Origin: Vitrella brassicaformis CCMP3155
Taxonomy: Eukaryota; Protista; Chromerida
Reading direction: 5' to 3'
Assembly (NCBI GenBank): GCA_001179505.1
Contig: CDMY01000278.1
Coordinates: 62,001-126,000, forward strand
Length of the DNA stretch: 64,000 nt
The notes under the pieces are model-generated. The model saw nothing but the letters and a program-made list of their open reading frames with translations. It was not told the origin of the DNA and made no database searches. Positions within the stretch are counted from its first letter, which is position 1. The number at the start of each line of letters is the position of its first letter. A program made the translations under genes and the position numbers. This document shows positions 37,425-49,504 of this stretch, piece by piece.

Positions 37425-39091
37425 ATGAATGAGTTTGAAGCAGTAGCGGCGGTCATCTCCTTCCTCTGCTGCTGCATCTGCCGATGCGAAGCTTTCATTC
37501 CTTCACAGATGTTCTCGGGAGGGCTGCTCACACGCCGGGCGCCTTTCCATCGCAGTAGCGTCGCCCTGCACTCTGTCAACCCCTTTGCGAACATCCTCAA
37601 CGCCATAAGTGAGCGCACACAGACAGCAAGCACAGGCAACGATCTCCTCAATCATGCCATTTATCATTGGCTGTGTCCGTGTGTGTGTGTGTGGTGTGGG
37701 TGTGCAGCTACAGGCATGACAGACCCATTGGACGAGTTTGATCCGAAGGGCTTCCTTCGGCAGTTTGCCTTTCCGAAGGCCCAGAAGAATGAGAACATAC
37801 TCGAGGGCGTGGAGTGGCCGCCAGGTGGGGTGCGCACTGCACTAATGGCCAGCCACTTCCTCTGTGGGCATTGTCAATCTGTCCATCCATCCATCCATGT
37901 GTCGGTGCATGGCATGCATCAGAGTTCCCCTTCACCGATTCCTCCTTTCGCCGCTTCGACGAGTCGCATGACGGCCGATTCTACGACAGCCCGCGGCTCG
38001 TGCAACACATCGGTACGCTGGCACACACATCCACACAGCCATCAGGCACATCTCTGGGCGGCTGTGCCGGGCCGGCCCACCTGTTTGTGTGCAGACGATG
38101 GTGCGCGAGCTGCCTTGACGTGGTACTACACCAACGCCCTTCCAGGCGGCGAGAACACGGCCCACCTGGACCTGTGCAGCAGCTGGGTGAGCCACTTCCC
38201 AACCGACTACCGGCCCAAGAGGTACGTAAGGGGTGAAAAGAGGGAGGCGAGATGGCCTGTGCTATGATGCGAAGCTCACACCTGGGGTACGTGTCTGTGT
38301 GTGCGTGCGCGTGCGTGTGTAGGTGCGCTGGGTTGGGCATGAACGAGTACGAGCTGTCACAGAACGAGAAGCTCACGGTAAGCCATACGCGCACACGGAC
38401 ACACACACACACAGAGAGAGAGAGAGAAGTGCTCTTGTGTGTATGGTTTGATTGGTGCGGTCGCATCGGTGTGGGTGCAGGAGCGTGTGGTTCACGACAT
38501 GAACAAGGACCCGCGGCTGCCGTTCGATGACAACTCGTTCGACGTCATCACCAATGTCGTCAGCGTCGACTACCTCAATAAGCCAAGAGAAGTATTTCGG
38601 GAAATGTACAGGTAGCTACGTGGGTCCGCCAACCGCCGCACACAAATCACATCGCCCTCACCGGTGACCCACACACATGCGTGTGTGTGTGTTTGAGTTT
38701 TCACAGGGTGCTGAAGCCAGGCGGTTTGGCCATCATGTCCTTCTCAAACCGATGCTTCCCTACCAAAGCAATCGCGGTCAGCCAGCCGGCATCAACGCAA
38801 ACCATGTGTGCACGTCTGTGTGTCTGCCTGCCTTCTTGCCTACCTGCCTGTAGGTGTGGCTGCAAAGCAGCGACTTGCAGCACTGTGGAATAGTGGGCAG
38901 CTACTTTCGCTATGCCAACTTCACAAACATACAGGTGCGCATGGCATGCGTGTGTGTGGTGTGAGTGGTGTTTCTAGCATCGTTTGAGCGTCCCTGCCTG
39001 CGTCTGTGCACCATGTGTGCAGGCGTATGACGTGTCGCGGCCGATGAGTGACCCGATGTATGTTGTGAGAGGCAACAAACCTGACACGTGA
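37425..39091 (+). CDS. Class I SAM-dependent methyltransferase (Methyltransf_11-like) with a bipartite plastid leader
   Basis: Leader ...CCCICRCEA-FIPSQ...RRAPFHRSS; FRRFDESHDGRFYDSPRLVQHI, LDLCSSWVSHFP, GLGMNEYEL, LPFDDNSFDVITNVVSVDYL, VLKPGG...SFSNRCFPTKAI. Confidence 0.92.
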
Positions 39092-39757
39092 CGTCACATG
39101 TGCGAAGCCATGGACGTGTACGTGATGCGATGCGATGCAATGCTCGACGCCTGATGTGGGCATGATGTGACCGACCTGGTTGCTAGGACGTGGATGGACC
39201 CTGTGTGTAGCTTTGCGTCTTGACGGAATCGAGGACATGCACACAGTCAATGCAAGCAGGTCCCACGGACGACATGCAGCATACATCAGTCCACGAACGA
39301 ACACATGGATGCAGTCATTGCATTCATTCGTTTCAGCCATCCAGCCCTCCAGCCAGCCAGTCAGCGTCTATCTACACACCCTTCCCTTAAACACCACACA
39401 AATGTGCATATATACGTAATTGGTATACATGATAGATATCGTGGTAGAGAAACGGCTGTACAGTCAGTCAGTCAGTCAGTCACACAGGCGGGCTCAGAGC
39501 AAGAGAAAACACCCGCCCCGCCCGCTCTGTGTGTGTAGGAATGAGTAGGAGAGACGAACCTGCCCCTCTTCTCTCTGCCTGTTTGTGTGTGAGCAAGCAA
39601 GTCGGGAGAAAGAGAGACCCCATAGACGACCGACCCAGCACGAAACTGCCCCCGGCCCGTGTTCTGCGGGCGGGCAGGAAGCACATATATACCATAGAGC
39701 CCTCGCCCCCTCAGTACCCGCCCGCCCATCCCTCTACTTAGCGACGCCATCAGTGCG

Positions 39758-40228
39758 TCAGATGGCAATGCCGAGCACCGTCACGATGGCGTGCATCGAC
39801 TTGTTCTCCCTGGGTGCACCAATCACACACACACATCACGGCATTCTCTTCTCTTTTATGGCCACTTTGTGAGGGCGGCGTACCATCTGAATGTGACGCT
39901 TCCGTCGTGGTTGTAGTCCCAGTAGCATGTGGTGGACAGATGGAAGCCCGCATTGCTCCGCTGCAAAATGGTCGCCGTCACCACGTACTTGAACCCGTCG
40001 CTCAGATCCTGGCACGTGTGACACACACACAAAGATGAGATGCAGGGCATCCATCGTTGGTCAATCAGCCATAGGTACCTGCATCTTGTCAAGGATGGCC
40101 TGCGAGACGGTGTCCACCCAGTTCTGCACCTCCTTCGGCGAGTAGCTCACATTGCCCAGAACGCTGTCCAGCGTCTGCTTGACTATGCGATTCGTGGGCT
40201 CCTTCAACGAAGAGAAACTCGCCGTCAT
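39758..40228 (-). CDS. DYNLT: Dynein light chain Tctex-1 family, 3 exons
   Basis: VQNWVDTVSQAILDKM, FKYVVTATILQRSNAGFHLSTTCYWDYNHDGSVTFRW|ENKSMHAIVTVLGIAI*. Confidence 0.92.
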
Positions 40229-40366
40229 ATGCGTGACTTCGACAATCCACAATGCCCCTTGGTTGAAGCGGTGCAGGGTTCCATTATCAGGGTTTCGAAC
40301 CCTGCAGCCCCGCGGGGTTTGGTCGCCAGGCTTCAAGTCTCTCGGCGCATCAGAAAAGCATCGAGG
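40229..40366. promoter_or_regulatory. Putative bidirectional promoter (Tctex-1 / EF-hand), 138 bp, with an inverted repeat
   Basis: Divergent ATGs; TGCAGGGTT (40272-40280) and AACCCTGCA (40298-40306) are reverse complements; AGGGTTT at 40289. Confidence 0.55.
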
Positions 40367-41270
40367 ATGAGCGGCGGTAAGACCCCAGCTTCCTCCCTGG
40401 CTGCGAAGCTCCGTAAGGACACGGCAGCGCCAAAACACGGCTCCCCCAAGAGGGAGGGCGGCTCATCGGCTGGGCCGAATATGCCGAGAAATGAGGTCGG
40501 CAGACACAGCAGACAGATCGTCCCATCAGCAGATCTCGCCTGCCGTCTCTATCTCTCTGCCTGTCTGCCTGTCTGCCTCTGGCTGTGTGTGCAGAAGGGG
40601 GGGGTATTGATAACCAAGGAGGAGCTGAAGGTGGCGTGGGATTTTTTCGACACCAAGGGGCAGGGCAAGCTGACGGCGGCCGAGCTGAGGAGACGCTTGG
40701 CCGTCTTCTACAAGAACATCTCACTCAAGGAAGTCAAGTAGGTGTGTGACCTCACTGCGTGGCACCTGACCCCTCTCTCTGTGTGCCTCTGTGTGCGCAG
40801 GTTTTTGATGAACAACCAGTCGGAGATCGGCTTCGACGAGCTGTATGATCTGCTCAAGGACAACCAGCTCACCAACTTCGACCCTGTCCGTGAAGCATTC
40901 AAGGTCAGTCGAGTCACAGCAGTCAGCCACACACGTGAAAGGCAGCACACGTGTGCGTGTCTCGTTCCTTCCGTCCATCAGGTGTATGACCCGCAGGAGA
41001 CGGGCTTCGTGGACCTCGCCGTGGTCAAGCAGTGCTTCCAGCAGCTGGGCTACGGGGACCTGTCAGCAGAGGACATGAGAATACTAAGTAAGCGGAAAGA
41101 CAGACACCAAACCACCAATTGACGCAACACGCATGGATGGAAGTGCCACGGGGTACTTTCCCTGCATCGTTGGCTCAGTCCAGACGGCGGATGCTGACGG
41201 GGATGGGAAGATCGGCTTGGACGATTTCCGCCTCATGGTTTCGTTCGGACAACAGACAGACATGGCATGA
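40367..41270 (+). CDS. EF-hand calmodulin/centrin-like protein
   Basis: EELKVAWDFFDTKGQGKLTAAEL, VREAFKVYDPQETGFVD, DADGDGKIGLDDF. Confidence 0.88.
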
Positions 41271-41875
41271 CCTGGGAGGACGACGGGAGCAATGTCAAGC
41301 TCAGTGCAGTTCATGTGGTGGGTGAGAAAGTGAGAAAGGGAGACACCTTGAGGGGCAGATTGAGAGAAGGACTGCGCGTTTCATTGTCGATTCAGGCGAC
41401 CAAAAGACGGACGATCGCGTCATGATTGGTGTGGTGTCAGTGTGGTTCCATTCATGTGTATGTGATGTGTACCTGCTGTGGTGTGTTGGCAGAGACTTCC
41501 TCCTTCCTTTGTGCATGTGTGTATGTATGGATGGATCTACCATTTATCTCATGAATGCATTGCTGGATACTCTCCATCCATCCATCCATCCATGTGTGTA
41601 TTGTATGTACGAAGGTCACGCACTCGCACACTCATGTCGGAACTTGACGACAAATGTCACTCACCCAACCAACAGTCATCCTCCTGCTAGTCCATGCGTC
41701 CCCCCGTCCCCCTCGATAGACGCGCAGCCGAATAAGCTCCCCATCCACCGACCCACCCAACCAAACCCGTGCATTGCACCCAATCATCCATCCATCCATC
41801 TATCGACAAAGCTATTCCCTCCCTCCCTCCCTCCCTCGCTGCCTGTCTGTCTGCTCAGACTGCCCCTCACCTCAC

Positions 41876-42996
41876 TCATTTGCCCTTGGGTTTGGGCTGC
41901 TTGACTACCCACTTGTCCAGCGACGCCTGCTTCCCGCGGCCACCCCTACGCCAACCCCTGCCCCCACCGCCAGCCTGCCGGCTACTGCCCACACCAGGGC
42001 CATGTGTGAGCTTCGCCCCACATTCTGCCCCGAATCCCCCCGATGCTGCTGCTGCTGCCGGTGCAGCAGCTTGCCCGTCCTGCTGCTGTGATGGTGACTC
42101 GTCGGACGGTAGCTGGAATGCCGCAGCAGATCCGGGGCCAAAGGATGGCGTGAATCCTGGCAGTGCTGCAGCTGCGGGTGACACGGACATTTCGGAATCG
42201 GTGATGGGCGAGGAGTCGGGGTGGTGTGCTGGCGGGGGCTGGGAGGGGGTCTCGTCGGTGTTCTGCATCGGGTGGTCGTTCGGCTGCTGCTGCTGCTGCT
42301 GCTGCTTTTCACGCGGCTCGGTGGTGGTGCTGTCCCCCGACTCCTCCTTTTCGACCTGCAGTGGCACCACAATCACACACACAAGGAGAGGCAGATGAGT
42401 CCATGGCCCAGTGGGCGCCCGCCCGCCTGCCCCATGACCGGCCTACCGGTTTCTTTGGCTTGGCCCTGCAGGCCCCCTGGTAGGCCACGTCGGTCAGGCT
42501 CATGTTCTCGAGCTTAAGGTACACCTCGGGCGGCACCTCGTCCGCACGCCCCGCACCCGCCGGCTCCTCCTGTCCGTCGTTCTGCGACGTCGGCTGGCTG
42601 AAGTCCATAAAATGCTTCTCCATGTCACCAAACGCCACACCATGGGCGAGGACGCTGCGGCGCTTCTTGGAACGCCGAGCTGCCGGGGAGCCGTCGGGCG
42701 AGCGGACGGCAGCGTGCGGGCTCGGCGACTTGGGAATGCCGGGTGACACGGGTGCGGGTGCGGGTGGCGGGGAGAGGAAGGGGTGGTTGAGGACGCCATC
42801 GATCTTGAGGCGCTGACAGGAAGGAGAGGAGGGAGAGCGAAAGGAGGCATTTCTCGTGTGGGAGGGGTCTGTGTGTGTGTATGTGTATGTGTATGTGTGT
42901 GGTTTCTATGCCCACCCTCTCATGGTTGGTCTGCAGCAGGGAGGTCACGAGATTCTTGGCTGGCACGACAACAACAAGGAAATGTGCATCCGTCTG

Positions 42997-43027
<31 letters not shown>

Positions 43028-45805
43028 CCCGCCCTACCCTGGGCCGATATGTGCTGCCATTGTGCGTGTGCCAGTGAGTAGGCGCCCGCGCAGATCTGCT
43101 GCTTGAGCATGTCGTCATCGAACGGAGACGTGGCACTCAACCTGCACACACATCACACACAGACGTACACGAGACCCATTGAGGCAGACCTTCACACACG
43201 AGTCCGTCAGACAGGCATGCAGACAGACATACATGACGTATAGGATGACCCCGAGGCTCCAGAGGTCCACTTCCTTGCCATACCCCGCCGCACGGCCATC
43301 CTGCGTCCCAAACACCTCGGGCGCTGACAACACGACAACACACACATGCATCCATCAAATGTCGCTGCGCCTGCTGCCCGTCGACCGCCACACATACGTA
43401 CCGGTGTATTGGGGCGTGCCGCAGAATGTGCGCATCACAGACTTCTCGCGTGAGTATCTGAATGAACACAGCAGCGGGCGAAACAGGTCTCCGTGTGTGT
43501 GTTGTCCGTGGTGCGGTTGTCGGGTCTCTTGGTGGCCCACTGACTTTGCGAGCCCGAAGTCGGTGAGTTTGCATCTGCCGTCGAGGCTCTTCTCCGTCAT
43601 GAGTATGTTCTCAGGCTGTGTGCAGAGAGAGAGAAGCGAGATGAATGAATGGATGTGTGTGTGCGTGTTTGTGCTGGTGGGTGCCACAGTTGCCTTGAGG
43701 TCCTGACAGAGGAAGAGAGATCAATGGGAGACACAGACGTCATGAGACATGTGTGTCTATATCGTGGGTGTCATTGCGCGTGTCTGTCTGTCTGTCTGTC
43801 TGGCAGGCTCACTCACTCACCCGGTGGACGATGTTGTTGCGATGGAGGTAGGCCAGGCCCTCACAGATCTCCCGAAACATCCGCTGAGTGGTCTCCTCCT
43901 TCACATGAGACACAACACATTCAGACATCCATCCATCCATCCATGTGCGTGTCCGTGAGCTGGTGTGACATATGTACCGGTATCGGGCCGTGGTCCAGTA
44001 TGAAATCCAGAAGATCGCCACCAGGAGCTCTAGCAAAGGAGAGAGGACGGCACACAGGCATGGGTGGCTTCATTGTGGGTGGATGGCATTCATTGTCTGA
44101 GAGTGGGCGTGGCGTACAGTTCGAAGACGAGGTAGAGGTAACGGTCGTCGGTGTAGTGTTTGTGCAGCTGGATGATGTTCTCGTGGTGCAGGTTCTCCAA
44201 TACCTGCAGCCATCACACCCATCCATCCATCCATCCATGGATGGATTTCGTATGTGTCAGTGTCATCGCGCGCGCGCGTGTGTGTGTGCGTGTGTGCGTG
44301 TGGAGGGTTGCCCACTTGGAGCTCCGTGAACTGGTCGAGGTTGCTCTTCTGCTTGTTCTTGAACTGCACAAACTTGCACATGTCGATCTGCTTGATCGCA
44401 ACACTGATAGATCCACACAATACACAACAAACGGCACACACCACACCCATCAGTTACCCTCCTTCCCCCTTCTGTGTCGATTTCATTTGGTGTTACGGCG
44501 TGTCGGTGGCCCGCTCGATGGCAAATTTGACAGTGCTGAAGTGACCGCTGGATGACAGCACATAAGACATGTGTTTCCTCCTTCCATTATCGTCTTGACC
44601 GCATCCGCCGCCTACCTGCCCAGCTCTTCGCCGATGGCGTAGTCCTCGTGAATCGATCCCTGCCAACACGCAAAACACACACACACACACACACACACAT
44701 GGACAACCAACTCTCATTCGTTGGACTGACTGAGAGACATCAAGCGTACTTACTGGTTTTGGCTCCTCTGCCGGCGTGACCTCCATGAAGCAAAACACAG
44801 GGGCCCCTGCAGACACACAACACCACACCACACAACAACACACGCATGCAGCTGCCTGGCTGGCTGATGTGTCTGTCACTTAGAGTGAGTGTGACCATGC
44901 ACACTTACACTTGATCTGCTGGTCGGGGTGGTTCTGAACGCTCATGGCCTTGACCGAGTTGACGATTAGGGATATCTCCGCACCGTTGGTGAGGATCTCG
45001 CTCCCGTCGCCCCCACGGCCCTCGCCACCCGATCCTGCCGGCATCAGCCGCCGACCGTCTAGAACTGCACACGCAACACAACGCACACACAAAGATGCGG
45101 GAACGCCACGCCCCATCCATGTGGTTGTGCGTGGTTGCCCGACTGACTGCCTCACGCGTACACGTGCCGTTTCTGCTGGAGTCCTTGATGCGCCACACGT
45201 ACTTGCCCTTGCTCAGCTTGGAACGGCTGATTGTGCAGTGCTTGCCTGTGTGAACATCACATAAGTATCGTGTATATGGATTGGATGAGGGTGTGGTGTA
45301 GGTACTGTATCCATGTGTGCTCTATCAGCCCATGCCTGATATCTTGTCGTGCGCAATCTGGCAGTCGGCGTAGGGCGACCTGCCGATGACGACCTTCTCA
45401 GGGTCCTTCTGCCGGAGGTAGATGGTAGGAAACAGCGGATTCAGCGATATCTGCACACGCATAAAGGCCAACATGGCATGCACGTGAACAGGAGATCCAT
45501 CCAATGAGAACCTTTCTCGTCGGCAGCGTACATACCAGTTTGGCGATGATGGGGTCGTCTATGAACTGCATCCCCTGATCCTGCGTGTCATTCGGCTGTG
45601 TCTGGGTCGCCACACACCCACCAACACCGATATCTCCTCCTCCTCCAGCAGCAGCAGCAGCCGGGACATCCTGCTCTGCGCCCGCGGCACTCCCGCCGTC
45701 TATTGCAGCTGCATCGGGCATCACCTGGTCGTCCGCCGAAGGTCCGCATGGCAACCGCGATGGGTAGAGCTCCGATTTGATGCCATCAACCGTACGCTTC
45801 GACAT
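41876..45805 (-). CDS. CHK2: FHA-domain Ser/Thr kinase, CHK2/Cds1/Dun1-like, multi-exon
   Basis: FHA (VVIGRSPYADC, KHCTI, WRIKDSSRNGT); kinase motifs FSTVK, VAIKQI, GGDLLD, LHRNNIVHR, PENILM, KLTDFGLAK, TFCGTPQY, YGKEVDLWSLGVILY; disordered C-terminal tail. Confidence 0.9.
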
Positions 45806-46252
45806 CGGCAACCGTATTAACTATGGATGTAACGCGACCAGGGGATGATTGCTTTCGCAACTGCTTCCAGCCTGCCTGGCGGCGGTCTTGCTCGAAGCTG
45901 GACAACCAACTAGAATAAAAATTGCGGGTGGAAAGAGAACCCCTTGCCGTGTGTAAATGCCAGCGTGAAGCGATCCTCTTCTGCAGTGCTGCAGTGCAGT
46001 TCTGCACGGCCGGCCCAGCTTGGGAAGAGGATACGCACCGGCCCCACTGTTGGCACATTCATCCCACACATGAATATCCCATCCATAACATTGAGTTATA
46101 ACCAATGGCCACTGAAGATCTTGACAGTGCTTGTTCATCGTTAGTCATCCATTCACCGTTCAGGCAGAAACATGTGCCACACGCGTCCACTCATGCGTGG
46201 ACCTTTCCTCTCAATCAGTCTGTACAGTAGGTACATGTGCTCACGCCCCTAG

Positions 46253-47596
46253 CTATGTCGTCGTCTCATTCATCTCCATGCACGACGGAAATATCGGCGC
46301 TGCTGCTATCGTGTCCAGCAGCGATGCGTCCCCAGACGCCTCCAGCAGGGCCGCAAATGTCTGTGGGAACACCCCAGCAGGACCCTCACCGCCCACCTGC
46401 GGCCGCTCGGTGGTGTAGAGGGTGAGAGATGCGCCTGGGAAGTACTTGCCCTTATCCAAACAGATGAAGGCCGCAAACGTGCTGTCCGCCTTGTCGCCAG
46501 AGAGGATGATCCTCCTGGTGGCCTTGTAACCACCGTCAAGGATGTGGTCGACTGTGCGGCAGCCCCACACGGGCAGGGGCTGGTCGAGCAGCGCAGAGAT
46601 GCGGCCGTAGGTGTGCGATCCGGGATGTTCTGGGCGTGCGAAGCAGTGCTTTTCGTCTAAGGGGTAGGTTATCATCCTGAATTCCAATAAGACAAAGGAA
46701 GAACAAAACAGATCATCGTAGCTTTCCTTTCTTTCTTCATTGTGATCCCACGATGGCATGGCTTTCTCCTTACTTATCGATGCACAGTTCACGGAAAAAG
46801 CGGTACAGGGCGTTCAAACCTGTAGGCGGACCCATGACTGAAAGTGACACGCACTATCTCCCTCCCTCCCTCCCTCCCTCCCCAATCTCCAATCCCCGAT
46901 CTCTCTCTTACGTTCGCACGCGGGGTCAGTCGCATCAAAGGTGGCCGCAAAAGGGCAGGCGGGCGGCAGGGTGTCGGCCGTGTGCAGTGTCAGGTCAGTC
47001 TGCAGTCTGTCGCCATTGGCTCCCGGGGTAAGCTCCATGCCCATTCCCAGGTCCTGGCAATACACCGAGTACTGCTGCAGCGCCTCTGGGCGGCTGAGGT
47101 ACCGCCGCTTGCTGGCCAGCCGCCGCAGGTCGGTTGCTGTGATGGTGACGGGCAGGGATGTCACATGACCAGTGCGCCTGGCCACACGCAAGATGACCGC
47201 ATTGCCCGCCCAATCCCCGCCATTCTCGACCAGCCACAGGACGCGGATCAGATAGTGCCGTCTGGTCATCCGCCGCGCACCGGGCCCACCGTCCTGCTGC
47301 TCCAGCCCCCCCTGCTGATGCTGCGCGTGCTGCTCATACGTCAGGACGCCGTCGACGTGATGTTCCCGCAGCAGCTGGTCGAGACGCCGGGCGACGGTGT
47401 GGGTGATCTCGGTGGTGAATGGGAGGGTTTTGGCGGCAGCGAAGAGGGCAGCGCATCCGCGTACGCCAAGGAGGTCTCTAACCCGGTGGCACATCACCGG
47501 CAGGTCCTCCTCTATTGAATGCAGCACGGAGAGGGGCCGGGTGGGAGGGGGGGAAGAGGGAGAGGACTCAGAGGCTGCTGTCCTGGCCCTCTTCAT
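46253..47596 (-). CDS. Three-exon hypothetical protein (lineage-specific family, no domain recognised)
   Basis: Exons MKRART...ACE | LMGPPTGLNALYRFFRELCID | KMITYPLDEKH...MNETTT* splice in frame with GT-AG boundaries; repeat-free coding-like composition. Confidence 0.65.
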
Positions 47597-47843
47597 TTGC
47601 TCTTCACTTCATCGGGGGAAGCGGCAGGCCTCACATGGCCACTCTCAAGTCCGCACGCTCTTTTCACCTGAGCCAAGATCTCCTTCTCTCCTGCAAGCAG
47701 AGAGAACCCTTGCGAGCTCCAACTTGAAGCCCCCACTTTCACCCCCGTCTCGGTGAAGTTTGGAGGATCTGAACGTGATGCAGAGGGCATTTGGACGGCC
47801 GTCACGATGTGCGAAGGGCACGGAAAACGATGTCGCCTCACTT

Positions 47844-49504
47844 ATGAGCTGGTAACAGTCGGCTCCCTCACCCCCTTTCGAAGACGAAACCACCATCATG
47901 ATGCCATTGTGTGTGCTGGCTGCTCGTGCGTACGTGCAGGCCTGGTCAGTTGGCGGTTAAGTCGCAGAAATGGTGTTCGGAGACGAGAGAAGAGTTCAGA
48001 GGTTACATTTGGAGGCCTTTCCCGAAGCAAGAACTTCAAGGCGACCTGGAGGCAGCGCGGCGGCCACAGCAGAGGGGGCCAGAGCCCTCGGGGTCGCCTT
48101 CTTCATTGCAGAGGCCAGAAGGTGCGAAAACAGTGTGTGTAAGAAATGGGAAACGCGTGAACAGCAAGTGCTCTGCTGCATGTCCACGCAGGCCGCACGA
48201 CTGAGGCGGTGATTGCCGGTGCTCTTGAAGGTCCCCACGAGGTGCAGGACGAGCCGTGTGACCTCCGCACCCTCGACCCCACGGCCGCAAAGACCGTCAC
48301 CGCCTCGCCGACTCGACCAGAGAAGACCCTACCGACAACTGCAGCCAAACAGCCCCGCAGCTTCTTCCGGCACACGGCTGCCCGCCATCGCTTACGGGTG
48401 GAGGAAGAAGCCAAGAGACGCTATGTGCCCCCGCCGGGACCAAGGCCGGTGGTGCTGAGTGGTTACCATATGAACCGCCTTTACACCCCACCGAGCGCAC
48501 ACACACAGTCAAGGGCGAAGGCGGCGAGAGAGCCGGAGGTGCCCGAGAAGCTCCCGGCCTTCCGGTTCGGCAAGCCAAAGCAGACTAACATGCTTTACAG
48601 CTCGTTCGGCCCGCCGAAGCCTCCTCCTTCGTGCTGTCGGCACAAGACGGGCAGAGTGAGCAGGGGGGCCGCGCGAGGGAGGGGACGGGCCGGGGAGGGC
48701 CAGGTGAAGGGGAGAGCGGGGGGAGAGGAGTTGGGGTGGGTGAGGCCTGCTGAGACGGGCAGGGGTGTGGTCAGCGCCAATGGGCGGTCGGTGCAAAGGG
48801 CGGCCAACACTCCGGTAGGCACCACAGACCGATTGATTGTCTTGTCGATTTGTTTGTTTCGTTCAGGAGGAGGTTCGCCGGAACAAGGGCACTCAGACGC
48901 TGTCTCCACCAGGCCCCAGCACAGCGGCTGCGCCGTCGCCCCTCCCTCCTCCCATGGCCGCCGTCAAGGAGCCACAGGTACACAGGCCACTCCATTGCTC
49001 GTCTTTCTTCATGCCCTCACACCCTCTCTCCCTGTGTGTGTGTGTGTGTGTGTGTCAGAGGGTGGATGAGCGTGTGTCTGTTGGTGGCGATGGGGTGAAG
49101 GAAGGGATGCCCCCCGAAGGGGCCAGGACGACACAGAACCCACAGAGGCCCAGAGAAAGGCAAGCCAGCGTGACGGCATACCGTCTGACAGACAGGCAAC
49201 GCACTCTATTATCGGTTGATTTGTGTGTGATTTGGATGCGTTCGTGTGTGGTGTGGCATGGCTGCAGTGGTGCCGGTGAGTGGGCTGACGCTGCTTACAG
49301 CGACTTCCTCCCGTACTGGCGGTCCAACCCTTATGCCACGCTGTATAACCCCCAGATCTACGAGTATATTTGGGTGGTGACACACGTGTGAGCGTGTGGG
49401 TGGATGGATCGATGTGTGTGTCTCTGCCTGGCTGGCTGGGTGTGGCTGGGTGGGTGGCTGCGGTTGTCTGTCTGCAGGGAGCTGCCAGCTCGTACGCTGC
49501 GTGA
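47844..49504 (+). CDS. Multi-exon Pro/Arg-rich hypothetical protein
   Basis: Long open exon 48192-48650 (TTEAVIAGALEG...LPAFRFGKPKQTNMLYSSFG) and later exons (DFLPYWRSNPYATLYNPQIYEYIW); start uncertain. Confidence 0.5.

Noticed and set aside
40288-40306. GGGTTTCGAACCC resembling a tRNA T-arm or B-box
   Set aside because: Extra T in the loop, and no D-arm, anticodon arm or acceptor stem.
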